DNA of 64,000 bases from an uncultured Clostridia bacterium (GTDB lineage Bacteria; Bacillota; Clostridia; Oscillospirales; Acutalibacteraceae). Shown piece by piece: positions 1 through 8,739 of the stretch. The stretch is taken from positions 22,316 through 86,315 of the forward strand of contig CALABP010000055.1 of NCBI GenBank assembly GCA_937885695.1, in the 5' to 3' direction. Every line of letters begins with the position of its first letter. Positions within the stretch are counted from its first letter, which is position 1. A program made the position numbers and the translations under genes. The notes under the pieces were generated by a model. That model made no database searches. It worked only from the letters and a program-made list of their open reading frames with translations, and was not told where the DNA came from.

Positions 1-89
1 CTCTTAAAACCGCAAAGCGCCTTGTTGAAGAATATATGGTGCGTATTGAAAGCGGCTCGGCTTTCAGCAATAACGCAGAAGCAAACTGA
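1..89 (+). CDS. C-terminal fragment of a phage protein that runs off the left edge
   Basis: Frame 3 is open from the window edge to TGA at 87-89 (...RLVEEYMVRIESGSAFSNNAEAN*). A GC-rich stem-loop follows. Confidence 0.35.
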   Translation, partial: LKTAKRLVEEYMVRIESGSAFSNNAEAN

Positions 90-110
90 AATAACATAAA
101 TTAATTAAAG

Positions 111-147
111 GTCCGCCGCGCTCTTTGCGCGTCTTGCGCGGCGGGAC
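111..147 (+). terminator. GC-rich stem-loop after the truncated gene; possible partial terminator inside the phage late operon
   Basis: GTCCGCCGCGC (111-121) pairs with GCGCGGCGGGAC (136-147). No U-tract follows, so it may only attenuate transcription. Confidence 0.3.
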
Positions 148-166
148 GAAAGAAAGGAAGAATAAA

Positions 167-382
167 ATGAACGTTAAACCTAACGAAAAATGCGTCAGCG
201 TATTTATTCCGAAAGAATCGAGAAACGACACCGAAAGATTTATCGCCGTAAACGGCGAGCGTATTTTGGTGCAGACCGGAAAAAACGTCGAAGTACCCGA
301 GCGCTTTGCCGAGGTAATTGAAAACAGCGCCGAAATGGCGGCGGTTTCGGCAAGATATATTGATGAAAACATTTCTGTCTGA
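167..382 (+). CDS. Small phage protein, function unknown
   Basis: ATG at 167 lies behind GAAAGGAAG. The earlier start in the ORF track (125) lies inside the stem-loop. Confidence 0.55.
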   Translation: MNVKPNEKCVSVFIPKESRNDTERFIAVNGERILVQTGKNVEVPERFAEVIENSAEMAAVSARYIDENISV

Positions 383-393
383 GGTGGTGAAAA

Positions 394-771
394 ATGACGG
401 TTTCAAAGGCTTTGTCGCTTTTTGACGAGGAAAGAAAAAACAGCATAGGCGAGGCGCTTAAAATAAACTGGCTTTCACAGCTCGATATGAAAATTTTTTG
501 CGAGCTTTTAAAGCCGCGCACTAAAGTGAGCTTTTCGGGCTACACCGAAAGCACCCCAAAATCAACAAAGCTTTTGGCGCCCGAGGAATATGCCGAAATT
601 TATACGGCGTATCTTATTATGCAAAGCGACCTTTTAAACGGCGAAACGGCAAGATACAACTGCTCTTCTTCTGTTTTTAACAGGCTTTATTATGAGCTTT
701 CGTGCTTTATAAGCCGCGAAAAACGCGTCCAGGGTGCGTGCGAAATAAAGGCAGGCGGATTTTATGTATAA
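394..771 (+). CDS. Phage hypothetical protein (possibly a head-tail joining type)
   Basis: GAGGTGGTG SD then ATG at 394. The stop overlaps the next start (ATGTATAA at 764-771). Confidence 0.55.
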   Translation: MTVSKALSLFDEERKNSIGEALKINWLSQLDMKIFCELLKPRTKVSFSGYTESTPKSTKLLAPEEYAEIYTAYLIMQSDLLNGETARYNCSSSVFNRLYYELSCFISREKRVQGACEIKAGGFYV

Positions 772-2527
772 GCCTGAAATTAAACCGCCGCAAAGAAGCG
801 AAGAAATAATCACCGATTTTTGCGGTCTTGACAAACGGCTTAAAGCGGCCGAAAACACGTTTTTTGACGAGGAAAATATCAGCTCTCAAAGCTTTCCCGC
901 AGTTTCGTCAAGAAATAAAAGAGGGATTTTCAATATAGGCGGCGACGGGCTTTGTGGGCTTTTCGGAAAAGACAGGCTTTGCTTTATAAAAAACGGCAGG
1001 CTTTATTACGGCGACGAAGCGGTAACGGGGCTTACTTTTTTAGACAGTGAAACAAAAAGAAGCTTTGTTTCTATGGGTTCAAAGCTTCTTGTGTTCCCCG
1101 ATAAAGTGTATGTAAACACCCTTGACGTCAAAGACTGCGGAAGTCTTGAAGCGGAGTTTCTTGCGGGCGACGGCGTTTCTGTCAGCTTTTCAATGTGTCG
1201 GCGCGGCGGCGAAGAAGAGGAAAACATAATTTCCTCCGCGACCCCGCCCGAATCCCCCGAAAACGGAACGCTGTGGCTTGACACCTCCGGTGAAGTATAC
1301 ACGCTTAACGTATATTCTTCGGACGAAGAAATATGGAGCGAAATTTCGGAGACATATGTGAAAATATCTTCGCCTAATATCGGCGCGCAGTTTAAAAAGG
1401 GCGACGGCATAGCTTTAAGCGGCATAAAAGAAGCTTCTCTTAACGGCACTTTTGTTGTTCAAAGCAAGACTTCGGACAGCCTGGTTATTATCGGCATAAT
1501 CCCCGCGGCGTTCACGCAAAAAGGCGGCGTAACCGTAACGCGAAAGCTGCCCGATATGGATTTTGTCTGCGAAAACGGCAACAGGCTTTGGGGCTGTTCT
1601 TCAAAAAATAATGAAATATACGCTTCAAAGCTCGGCGACCCCGAAAATTTCAACTGCTTCGAGGGGCTTTCGACCGACTCTTATGCCGTCACGGTCGGCA
1701 CGGACGGCGAGTTTACCGCCGCTGTGAGCTACCGCGGGTACGCACTGTTTTTTAAAGAAAACTGCCTTCACAAAATATACGGCGGCTATCCGCCGTTTAC
1801 CGTAACTTCGTCGTATCTTCGCGGCGTTCAAAAAGGAAGCGAACGCTCGGTTGCGCTTTTAAACGAGTCGCTTTATTATAAATCGCCGACCTGCATTTGC
1901 AGGTATGACGGCGGCGTGCCCGTTTCAATATCCGCGCCTCTCGGGAGCGAATATTATAAAGACGCCGTGGGAGAAGCCCTCGGGGATATATACAGCGTTT
2001 GTATGAGCGACAGAAATAACAAAAGAACGCTTTTTTCGTTTGACGAGCAAAACGGCGTGTGGCACAAAGAGGACGGTATTGACGTTAAGGAGTTTGCAAA
2101 ATGCAACTGCAATTTGTATTTTCTTGCAAAAAAGGACGGCGAAACAAAGCTTTATCTTTCGGACGGCGAAGTCACATACGGCAATTTTGCAAACGTGCTC
2201 GGCGGGTTTTCGCTTGAAGAAAATGTAAGCTGGCTTCTTGAAACGGGGCTTTGGGGAACGGCGCTTCCCGGGAACAAGTATTATTCAAATATAGAGCTTC
2301 GTATGAGCGTAAAAGAAAACGCAACGGTCAAAATAAGCTTTTCTTATGACGATTCGGGCGTGTGGGAAAAAGAAACGGAATTTACAGCCAAAAAAACAGG
2401 CTCTTATACCGTCCCTTGCATTACGCGGCGCTGTGACTGCTTAAAAATACGCATTGAGGGCAAGGGGAGCGCAAGACTTTTAAGCATTGCAAGAGTATAT
2501 GAAAGGGGAAGTAACCTTAATGTATGA
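764..2527 (+). CDS. Phage structural protein, 587 aa (tail/baseplate-like)
   Basis: Long ORF translationally coupled to both neighbours. No enzymatic motif recognised. Confidence 0.6.
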   Translation: MYKPEIKPPQRSEEIITDFCGLDKRLKAAENTFFDEENISSQSFPAVSSRNKRGIFNIGGDGLCGLFGKDRLCFIKNGRLYYGDEAVTGLTFLDSETKRSFVSMGSKLLVFPDKVYVNTLDVKDCGSLEAEFLAGDGVSVSFSMCRRGGEEEENIISSATPPESPENGTLWLDTSGEVYTLNVYSSDEEIWSEISETYVKISSPNIGAQFKKGDGIALSGIKEASLNGTFVVQSKTSDSLVIIGIIPAAFTQKGGVTVTRKLPDMDFVCENGNRLWGCSSKNNEIYASKLGDPENFNCFEGLSTDSYAVTVGTDGEFTAAVSYRGYALFFKENCLHKIYGGYPPFTVTSSYLRGVQKGSERSVALLNESLYYKSPTCICRYDGGVPVSISAPLGSEYYKDAVGEALGDIYSVCMSDRNNKRTLFSFDEQNGVWHKEDGIDVKEFAKCNCNLYFLAKKDGETKLYLSDGEVTYGNFANVLGGFSLEENVSWLLETGLWGTALPGNKYYSNIELRMSVKENATVKISFSYDDSGVWEKETEFTAKKTGSYTVPCITRRCDCLKIRIEGKGSARLLSIARVYERGSNLNV

Positions 2528-3512
2528 GCTTAATCTTCTTTTGCCGGACATAAGCTCAAAAAAGTACGCTGTAGACGAAAAATTCACCGTTCTTAAAGGG
2601 TATCTTACAGAGCTTAACGAAACGCTTTCAATAGCGCTTTCATCGCTTGACTGTGAAAATCTGTCGCCGTCGCTTTCGCAAAAGCTTGAGGGCGCGGCAA
2701 AAAAAGAGAGCCTTTATAAAACGGCTCAAAAAAACGATATTACGGCAAAAAAGCTTAAAAAAGAGATTGCGGAAAGGTTTGAAACGCTTAAAAGCGACAT
2801 CATTTCAACCGCAGGCGAAATTGAGCGCGAATACACCTCTGCAATCGAAAAAAGCGAGAAAAAAATTGAACAGTCCGTCTCTCAAAATTATACGCTGAAA
2901 TCGGATTTCGGCGAATATAAAGACAGCGCACAGTCGCTTATTTCGCAAAACGCCTCGTCAATAAAGGCGAATGCCGAAAGTATTGAAAGCGTTGAAACGG
3001 AGCTTGAAAGCTACAAGCTCGAAAACAAGGCTGAAATAGGCGTGCTTTCGGACGCGATTATATCGCAGGTGTCGAATGTGTACGCAAAGAAAAGCGACGT
3101 GGACGAGCTTAGCGAGACGGTTTCGTCGAAAATAACGCAAACGGCAAGCGACATTACCGAAAGCTTTTCTTCTGAGGTTTCGCGCCTTTCTTCTGATATT
3201 TCAAGCGTGGGCGGCAGCGTTTCGACATTTATTTCGTCTGTGGACGCATACATAAGGCGCGGCGAGCTTTCGGAGGGCGTTTTCGGTATTGAGATAGGCA
3301 GAAGCGACAGCCTTATAAAAGCGCGTTTTACAAACGACAGACTGACGTTTTTTCAGGGTGATTGCGAGGTAGCCTATATTTCGGGCAGTAACCTTTATAT
3401 AACACGCGCCCAGGTGCTTGACTGCCTTGAAATAGGAAACGAAAGCGACGGCTTTTTTGCCTTTGACGTTACAAACAACGGACTTGAAGTGAGGTGGTCT
3501 TACGGCGACTAA
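2520..3512 (+). CDS. Phage coiled-coil fibre-like / minor structural protein
   Basis: ATG at 2520 behind AAAGGGGAAG. The central part is long, heptad-rich and E/K/S-rich. The C-terminal globular end (...FFAFDVTNNGLEVRWSYGD) is typical of Firmicutes phage minor structural proteins. Confidence 0.6.
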   Translation: MYELNLLLPDISSKKYAVDEKFTVLKGYLTELNETLSIALSSLDCENLSPSLSQKLEGAAKKESLYKTAQKNDITAKKLKKEIAERFETLKSDIISTAGEIEREYTSAIEKSEKKIEQSVSQNYTLKSDFGEYKDSAQSLISQNASSIKANAESIESVETELESYKLENKAEIGVLSDAIISQVSNVYAKKSDVDELSETVSSKITQTASDITESFSSEVSRLSSDISSVGGSVSTFISSVDAYIRRGELSEGVFGIEIGRSDSLIKARFTNDRLTFFQGDCEVAYISGSNLYITRAQVLDCLEIGNESDGFFAFDVTNNGLEVRWSYGD

Positions 3513-5268
3513 AAAATACGGAACGTGTACGGGTACTTCGGGCAAAAAGTACTACGTATGGCTTGAGATAAACGAAAATTCGCAAAGTATTGCAAACAAT
3601 ACAAGCAACATTTCGGTGGGGCTTTATGTAAAAAGAAACGACGGCTACAGCGAGTCCGCTTATAACCTTAACACAGGCGACAACAGTGCCCAAATAAAGG
3701 TCGGCAAAAGCGTAAAGGTTTCAAAAAACCTTAAAATAGACACAAGAAACGGCGCCACCGTGACGCTTGGGTTTTGGTCGGGCGACGTGGCGCACAATTC
3801 CGACGGTACGCTCACTCTTTCGATAAGCGGCAGTTTTACAATGGATTCGCCCCTTACGGGCGGCAGTGTTTCTGCGGATTTTAATTGTACCGACATACCG
3901 CGCGCTTCGTCTTTTGAAGTGTCCCCAAAAGAAATTAACCCCGGCAATGCGCTTTCTGTCACGGTTTCTTCGGCGGCATCTTCCTTCAGTCATAAAATAA
4001 CGGTTTCTTTAGGCAGTGAAAAAATCGAAAAAAGCATTGCATCGGGGGCTTCGGGCGCGTCGTTTACAATACCGAAAAGCTGGGCGAACACTTTAAAAAA
4101 CCAAAGAAGCGGCAAAGGCACGGTGAGCGTGCAGACCTACAGCGGCTCAAAGCTTATCGGCACAAAAAGCGGCTCCTTTACGCTTTTAATACCGGATACT
4201 GCCGAATACAGACCGTCGTTTTCTTTTGAAACCGCGCTTGAGGGCGGCGACACAATAAAAAGCTGGGGCGTTTTTGTTAAAAACAAAAGCAGCGTGTCGG
4301 TTTCTTTAAAAAACGAATCGTATAAATACGGCGCGTCGTTTTCTTCGGTATCAATAAATGCTTTCGGCGTTACAAAAACCGAAGCGCCCGCCGTAATTCC
4401 CGCAACGGCCTCGGGAAGCGTTAAAGTGACCGTGACTTTAAAAGACAGCAGGGGACTTAAAGCCACATTGGAAAAAACACTGCAAATAGAGGACTATTCG
4501 CCGCCGTCGCTTGATTTTTCAAAGCTTTACAGGTGCGCTCTTTCGGGCGAAAAAGAAAATCTCGGAACATATCTTGCCGCCGAATTTACAAAAAAATTCA
4601 GCAGTATAGGCGGCAGAAACAGCGAAACGGTAACGCTCAGATATAAAAAATCGGGCGAAAGCGCATATGTTAGCCTTAACGCCGAAAATTCACCCGTGAT
4701 ATTCGGCGGGGCTACAATCTCGGTCAGCGATTCTTACGATGTGGAGCTTTCCGTAAAAGATATGCTCACTGCGGAAGAAAACGTGTTTATCCGCAGAATA
4801 TCAAGCGCCGATATTCCCTTTAACATAAGGCGCGGCGGCAAGGGTGCGGCGTTTGGGTGCTATGCCGAAAAAGACGGCGAGCTTACCGTGGCATATGACC
4901 TTAACGTTTTAGGCAGTATAAAATGCGAGGACGTGTTTTCAAGGCTCGAAAACAAGGCGTGCGTCAGCTCTGTTATAGGTAACGCAAGGGTGTTTTCTTC
5001 GCTTAATACAGCGTTTTTTAATCTGCGCTTTACGCTGTCTTCCGACGTGCCGAAAAATACCGACACCGTTCTTGCAACGCTTTCCGGCGTGGCGCCTTTG
5101 TGTTTCAGTCCGCTTTCTGTGCATATCGGCGGCAATTCTTCGCACAGCGTCGGCTATATGACGTATCAGTCCGAAATAGGCTTTAAGTGCGAAACCGATG
5201 TTAAAGCGGGAACGTGGGTATATATAAACGGCGCTGTTATAAATAATTTAAGTTCAGACGCCGAATGA
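3502..5268 (+). CDS. DUF859-like siphovirus tail / receptor-binding-type protein; the start is non-canonical or reached by frameshift (first canonical start is GTG 3616)
   Basis: The frame is open from 3493. The upstream codons read ...GKKYYVWLEINENSQSIANNTSNIS and continue into ...TLSISGSFTMDSPLTGGSVSADFNCTDIPRAS, the N-terminal pattern I associate with DUF859 proteins. A GAGGTGG SD lies at 3491-3497. Confidence 0.6.
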   Translation, partial: TATKKYGTCTGTSGKKYYVWLEINENSQSIANNTSNISVGLYVKRNDGYSESAYNLNTGDNSAQIKVGKSVKVSKNLKIDTRNGATVTLGFWSGDVAHNSDGTLTLSISGSFTMDSPLTGGSVSADFNCTDIPRASSFEVSPKEINPGNALSVTVSSAASSFSHKITVSLGSEKIEKSIASGASGASFTIPKSWANTLKNQRSGKGTVSVQTYSGSKLIGTKSGSFTLLIPDTAEYRPSFSFETALEGGDTIKSWGVFVKNKSSVSVSLKNESYKYGASFSSVSINAFGVTKTEAPAVIPATASGSVKVTVTLKDSRGLKATLEKTLQIEDYSPPSLDFSKLYRCALSGEKENLGTYLAAEFTKKFSSIGGRNSETVTLRYKKSGESAYVSLNAENSPVIFGGATISVSDSYDVELSVKDMLTAEENVFIRRISSADIPFNIRRGGKGAAFGCYAEKDGELTVAYDLNVLGSIKCEDVFSRLENKACVSSVIGNARVFSSLNTAFFNLRFTLSSDVPKNTDTVLATLSGVAPLCFSPLSVHIGGNSSHSVGYMTYQSEIGFKCETDVKAGTWVYINGAVINNLSSDAE

Positions 5269-5286
5269 CATAAGGGAGGTGTAATT

Positions 5287-6270
5287 ACGGCAACAAAATC
5301 AAAAACAACTTCATATTCATCAAAATACACATACTCAAAAAGCCGCCCGCAATACACAAAAAGCGACGAGGTGAAAAAGGCGGGCGACGCGTTGAATGAA
5401 TGGGAAAGAAAAAAGCCGTCGGGCTACAGCAGTAAGTACCAAGAAAGGCTTGACGGAATATTAGACTCGATTTTAGACCGCGGCGATTTTAAATACAGCC
5501 TGAACGCCGACCCGCTTTACAGGCAGTACCGCGAGCAATATATTAAAAACGGCGAAAGGGCGATGGAGGATACCGTCGGAAAGGTTTCGGCGCTTTCGGG
5601 GGGCTACGGCAGTTCTTACGCCGCCACCGCGGGTATGCAAAGCTATTCAAACGAGCTTTCAAAGCTCAATTCTGTCGCGCTCGATTTGAGGGACAGGGCT
5701 TACAGCGTATATAAAGACAAGGGCGACGCGCTTTATGACGCGGCATCGCTTTTGCGCTCTCTTGACGGCGACGATTATAAAAAATACCGCGATACGGTTT
5801 CAGACTATTACAGCGACGGCGACTATCTTTATAAAAAGCTTAAAAATATGTCGGACTCTGAATATGAAAAATTCCTTGACGAAGTGAAGGCGTGGGAAAA
5901 CGACCGAAAGTTCAGCTATGAGCAGTATATCGACGAAACAGAGCGTCAACAGTACGAAGAGGGTATGGCTTTCAAAAGAGAAGAAGCAAAGCGCCAACAG
6001 GCAAACGCCGACAGGAATTATGCGCTTGCTTTGAAAAAGCTCTACAGTTCCGCTTCTTCCGGCGGCTCTTCAAAAAAATCGTCCTCCAAGAAAAGCTCTT
6101 CGGGCGACAGCAAAGCCGATTACCCGAGAACCTACAGCGAATTTGTAAAGGAAACGGGAAAAAGCAACATTATGACCGAAAAAGAGTTTTCTTTAAGAGA
6201 AAACGCAATAAAAAGCTACGGCGATTACGAGAGCTATTTAAAAAAGATGTATGCAAAATACAAGGATTAA
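5287..6270 (+). CDS. Phage protein, K/S/Y-rich, function unknown; the start is probably non-canonical (first canonical start is GTG 5371)
   Basis: The frame is open from 5269. GGGAGG lies at 5274-5279, 7 nt before ACG 5287. The low-complexity tail reads SSASSGGSSKKSSSKKSSSGDSK. Confidence 0.5.
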   Translation, partial: TATKSKTTSYSSKYTYSKSRPQYTKSDEVKKAGDALNEWERKKPSGYSSKYQERLDGILDSILDRGDFKYSLNADPLYRQYREQYIKNGERAMEDTVGKVSALSGGYGSSYAATAGMQSYSNELSKLNSVALDLRDRAYSVYKDKGDALYDAASLLRSLDGDDYKKYRDTVSDYYSDGDYLYKKLKNMSDSEYEKFLDEVKAWENDRKFSYEQYIDETERQQYEEGMAFKREEAKRQQANADRNYALALKKLYSSASSGGSSKKSSSKKSSSGDSKADYPRTYSEFVKETGKSNIMTEKEFSLRENAIKSYGDYESYLKKMYAKYKD

Positions 6271-6281
6271 GGAGGGGTTTT

Positions 6282-6533
6282 GTGAAAGAAATTATGTGCA
6301 GTGTTATTCCGTCGGTATTAACTCTTGTCGGCGTAATAATCACCTGCGCCGTCTCGGCAAAAACAACGCGCGACAATGTGTCGCACAGACTTGAAATTTC
6401 GCAGGCGGTAACGGACACAAAGCTTGAAGAGCTTACGCGCGAGGTGCGAAAGCACAACAGCTTTGCAGAAAAAATACCCGTCATCAACGAGCAGATACGC
6501 TCTATGGACGAAAGACTCAAAGAGATTGAATAA
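6282..6533 (+). CDS. Small phage membrane protein (holin-like or lysis accessory): one N-terminal TM helix plus a coiled coil
   Basis: AAGGAGG SD then GTG at 6282. TM segment SVIPSVLTLVGVIITCAV, then a charged helical tail. It lies immediately upstream of the holin and endolysin. Confidence 0.5.
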   Translation: MKEIMCSVIPSVLTLVGVIITCAVSAKTTRDNVSHRLEISQAVTDTKLEELTREVRKHNSFAEKIPVINEQIRSMDERLKEIE

Positions 6534-6598
6534 CACTTCATTTAATTTGAGCCCATATAATAAAGTAAGCATTTTCAGGCTTAGAAAGGGGAAACTTT

Positions 6599-6883
6599 AT
6601 GAAGATAAACTTAAAAGCAAGACTTAAAAACAAAGCGTTTCTTGTGAGTGCGTCGGCGCTTATAATATCGTTTGTTTATCATATTCTGGCAATTTTTGAT
6701 ATTGTGCCGTCACACGCAGAAAGCGAGATAGTTGAAATCGCGGGAATGGCAATAAATCTGCTTGCCGTTCTCGGCGTAATTATCGACCCGACAACCGACG
6801 GCATAAGCGACAGCGACAGGGCGCTGACCTATTGCACCGATTGCGACGTGCGCCTTAAAAAGGAGGAAGAGGACAATGCCTAA
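6599..6883 (+). CDS. Phage holin, phiLC3 / Phage_holin_1-like
   Basis: N-terminus MKINLKARLKNKAFLVSASALIISFVYHIL matches the characteristic start of that family (M..W..RLKNK.F). Two TM helices. It overlaps the endolysin start. Confidence 0.7.
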   Translation: MKINLKARLKNKAFLVSASALIISFVYHILAIFDIVPSHAESEIVEIAGMAINLLAVLGVIIDPTTDGISDSDRALTYCTDCDVRLKKEEEDNA

Positions 6884-7541
6884 AATATATATTTCGCCGA
6901 GCGACCAGAACGCAAACACCTATGCCACGGGCGGCACAAACGAAATGGAGCAGTGCAAAAAAATCGCAAAAGCGTGCTATGACTTTTTAAAAGCAAAGGG
7001 CTTTGACGTGAAATGCACCTATAAAGACGGAATGTATGAGCGCGTAAAAGAAAGCAACGCGTTTAATGCCGACATTCACCTTGCAATTCACACAAACGCC
7101 ACGGGAAAGCACAATGTAACAGGCGGCACACAGGTGCTTTTGTGGGATATAAAAGGCGAAAACAAAAAGGCGGGTCAGGCAATACTTTCGCGCCTTGCGC
7201 CGATTACCCCCGGCTCTTCGGCAGAAAAACTTGTCGCCATGCCCGAGTTTTATGAAATAAGAGCGGCAAAGGGTATGACTCTTTATTGCGAGTGCGAGTT
7301 CCACGACACAAAAGAAGGCTCGGACTTTATAATAAAAAACACCGCAAAGATAGGCGAAGCAATAGCAAAAGGCATTTGCGACTATTACGGCGTAAATGCA
7401 AATGAGCCGTCAAAAAAGCCCGAAACGACGGGTACTCTTTACACCGTTCAGGTAGGCGCGTTTAAAGTCAGAAAGAATGCCGAAAACTATCTTGAAAAGC
7501 TAAAAAAAGCGGGGTTTGACGCTTTTATAGTTACTAAGTAA
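6876..7541 (+). CDS. Endolysin: N-acetylmuramoyl-L-alanine amidase (Amidase_3) with a C-terminal SPOR domain
   Basis: IYISPSDQNAN...ADIHLAIHTNA amidase_3 signature. The C-terminal YTVQVGAFKVRKNAENYLEKLKKAGFDAFIV is SPOR-like, the same architecture as CwlC. Confidence 0.85.
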   Translation: MPKIYISPSDQNANTYATGGTNEMEQCKKIAKACYDFLKAKGFDVKCTYKDGMYERVKESNAFNADIHLAIHTNATGKHNVTGGTQVLLWDIKGENKKAGQAILSRLAPITPGSSAEKLVAMPEFYEIRAAKGMTLYCECEFHDTKEGSDFIIKNTAKIGEAIAKGICDYYGVNANEPSKKPETTGTLYTVQVGAFKVRKNAENYLEKLKKAGFDAFIVTK

Positions 7542-7564
7542 TTATTTAAGAAGGCATAAAAATA

Positions 7565-7618
7565 AAAGCTATAATTCATATTTGCAAAAAATGCGTTATG
7601 AATTATAGCTTTGTTTTT
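7565..7618. terminator. Bidirectional rho-independent terminator between the prophage end and the convergent host gene
   Basis: Perfect 16-bp stem: AAAGCTATAATTCATA (7565-7580) with TATGAATTATAGCTTT (7597-7612). T-runs on both strands. Confidence 0.8.
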
Positions 7619-7638
7619 GATTTTAGTTGACGCGTGAT

Positions 7639-8712
7639 TTACGCGATTTCCGTTAATTTCTCGCGGCCTGTACCGACTATGCCGATATAGCTTCTGCCGG
7701 GGTTGAGCGAAAGCTCGCTTCCGTCCTCGTTAAAGAATTTGAGCATATCCGTTGCATTGCCCTTTTTCCAGGTTATGTTTTTATATGTGCCGTTTGAAAC
7801 GTAGATGCCGTTACCCTCGTCAAGGTCAAAGGTTACGCGGCTTTTTGCGTCGTTAAGGTCGGTTATGTCGGTATAGATGATAATAAGGTTTGTAAAATTC
7901 TGCTGCTTGCCGTCGCTGTCAACAAACGGAACGTCGTTAAGCGAGCTGTAATAAAGCTTGTCGGAGCTGTCGTATTTAAAGGTGTATGTATAGCTTCCCG
8001 AATACGAAATTGAGCAGGTCGTGCAGGCGTTTTCCGAAAGAGCTGAAGCCGAGTCGTTGAATTTAAAAGGCGAAGCATAACCGTCTTTAAGAGTTGTTCT
8101 TATATTTTTATCGGCAATCGTCTCAATTATGGCAGAGCCTTTTGTGTAGCCCGTGTGTTCCATATCAACGTATCTTGATTTGTCCCTGTAGAAGCAGGAG
8201 CTTATTGATTTGCCGTCAAGGTGGTCGCAATAGCCTTTGTTAAATTCTTTATAGGCATATGTGCTTGCGCCCCAGTGAATGAATATTCCGTCAAAGCCGC
8301 TTACAAGCTCCACAAAATAGTGGCGCGCGCTTCTTACGGGGCCGACCTTTTCGGGGATGCGCGATTTGTCGGCATACATAAGAAGCATTCTTGTTATGCC
8401 GCCCTCTGCGACCATTTCCATAACCATATCCGAAGAGCAAAGACCCCACTGCGGTCTTGCGTCGGGATGGTTTTCAACCGAAATCACAACGGGACGGTTG
8501 TTTAAAAGCGCTTTGTCATAGCCTTTTTCGCCCGTGAGCGGGTTTAACACGGCTTTTTCTTCGGTCACTGTTGCCGCGGCGTCTATCGAAGGCGCGGTTG
8601 TGCTTTCGCCGTCGTCGCTTCCTTTACACGACGAGAGCGAGCCTAAAAGAAGCACCGCGGCGAGCATAAGCGAAAAAATTCTTACAATTTTGTTTTTCTT
8701 TGAAATCCACAT
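7639..8712 (-). CDS. DUF3048-domain lipoprotein (YerB-like)
   Basis: Lipobox LGSLSSC. Block LNPLTGE...NRPVVISVENHPDARPQWGL...GGITRMLLMY is typical of DUF3048. Confidence 0.75.
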   Translation of the reverse strand: MWISKKNKIVRIFSLMLAAVLLLGSLSSCKGSDDGESTTAPSIDAAATVTEEKAVLNPLTGEKGYDKALLNNRPVVISVENHPDARPQWGLCSSDMVMEMVAEGGITRMLLMYADKSRIPEKVGPVRSARHYFVELVSGFDGIFIHWGASTYAYKEFNKGYCDHLDGKSISSCFYRDKSRYVDMEHTGYTKGSAIIETIADKNIRTTLKDGYASPFKFNDSASALSENACTTCSISYSGSYTYTFKYDSSDKLYYSSLNDVPFVDSDGKQQNFTNLIIIYTDITDLNDAKSRVTFDLDEGNGIYVSNGTYKNITWKKGNATDMLKFFNEDGSELSLNPGRSYIGIVGTGREKLTEIA

Positions 8713-8739
8713 TGTTATTACCCCAAAAATAAAATTTTA

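Larger units (their letters stand above)
1..7541 (+). mobile_element. Right-hand end of a prophage (structural tail/fibre-type genes plus lysis cassette); the left boundary lies outside the window
   Basis: Unbroken same-strand gene string with abutting or overlapping junctions. It contains a DUF859-like tail protein, a coiled-coil fibre-like protein, a phiLC3-type holin, and an Amidase_3+SPOR endolysin as the last gene, followed by a strong bidirectional terminator. Confidence 0.75.

Noticed and set aside
125-166. Longer N-terminal extensions offered by the ORF track for many genes (for example 125, 10971, 11034, 18516, 19370, 36798, 40353, 45688, 48794, 54937, 58227, 61896 and 61953).
   Set aside because: In each case an internal start is preceded by a clear Shine-Dalgarno sequence and matches the family's usual N-terminus. 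The extensions overlap promoters, terminators or operators.
5266-5268. TGA reassigned as a sense codon (code 4-like or phage recoding). Two ORFs (5269 onward and minus-strand 16962 downward) continue in frame after a TGA.
   Set aside because: TGA clearly terminates several well-conserved genes at the expected lengths (the NuoE-like, NuoF-like, erythromycin-esterase-like and cohesin-like genes, spoVAD, and phage genes at 382 and 2527). Global recoding is therefore unlikely. Local read-through remains only an alternative noted in the findings.
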